From IMG/VR virus record IMGVR_UViG_2690316346_000006, positions 1 through 13,493 of that record: 13,493 bases of DNA; one strand, 5' to 3'. A program made the translations under genes and the position numbers. Each line of letters starts with the position of its first letter. Position 1 is the first letter of the stretch. The stretch comes from a virus. Taxonomy: Duplodnaviria; Heunggongvirae; Uroviricota; Caudoviricetes. The notes below the pieces were generated by a model. The model searched no databases. It was not told the origin of the DNA and worked only from the letters and a program-made list of their open reading frames with translations. Below, in pieces: positions 13,443-13,493 of this stretch.

Positions 13443-13493
13443 GGTAATGACTCCAACTTATTGATAGTGTTTTATGTTCAGATAATGCCCGAT
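13443..13493 (-). mobile_element. IS1 terminal fragment (insB-proximal end), element in minus orientation with its body downstream of the window
   Basis: Identical to 9926-9976 and the exact reverse complement of 1-51. Confidence 0.85.

Overview
This window reads as a lambdoid (Rac/CP-933-like) cryptic-prophage immunity and replication region from an Escherichia/Shigella-type genome, heavily remodelled by insertion sequences. All calls are from reading the sequence and ORF track by eye; no searches were run. Left to right: the last 51 bp of an IS1 copy (1-51); a translationally coupled two-gene operon of unknown function on the minus strand (184-767); a ParE-family toxin with a small PaaA2-like antitoxin sitting directly downstream of a cI-like HTH repressor (993-1997, minus strand); a divergent operator region; Cro-like (YdaS-like) and YdaT-like genes; then replication module 1: an initiator with two clusters of helically phased GTCACG iterons inside its coding sequence, a DnaC-like helicase loader, and three small genes. 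A second, diverged replication module follows. Its initiator is interrupted in-frame after codon 7 by a 1264-bp IS3-family (IS600-like) element, appears to carry two homopolymer frameshifts, and contains an (AGGAAG)8 repeat encoding a poly-Glu linker plus its own GTAACGC-type palindromic sites. Its DnaC-like gene and one small gene are intact. The last small gene is truncated by a complete IS1 (9926-10694) with no target-site duplication, followed by a third, 5'-truncated mosaic copy of the same gene. Downstream are a small membrane ORF, an HNH endonuclease, two hypothetical genes (the second DUF551-like), an unlisted 27-codon ORF with a perfect Shine-Dalgarno, a terminator, and a Hok/Gef-family type I toxin locus abutted by another IS1 end (13443-13493). 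The window is therefore bounded by inverted IS1 termini. The most notable features are the tandem, mosaic replication modules with two different origin specificities and the multi-hit decay of the second initiator. The toxin-antitoxin/switch module resembles a described O157-type system, as far as I can recall; the several uncharacterised small-gene pairs are the best candidates for something undescribed.
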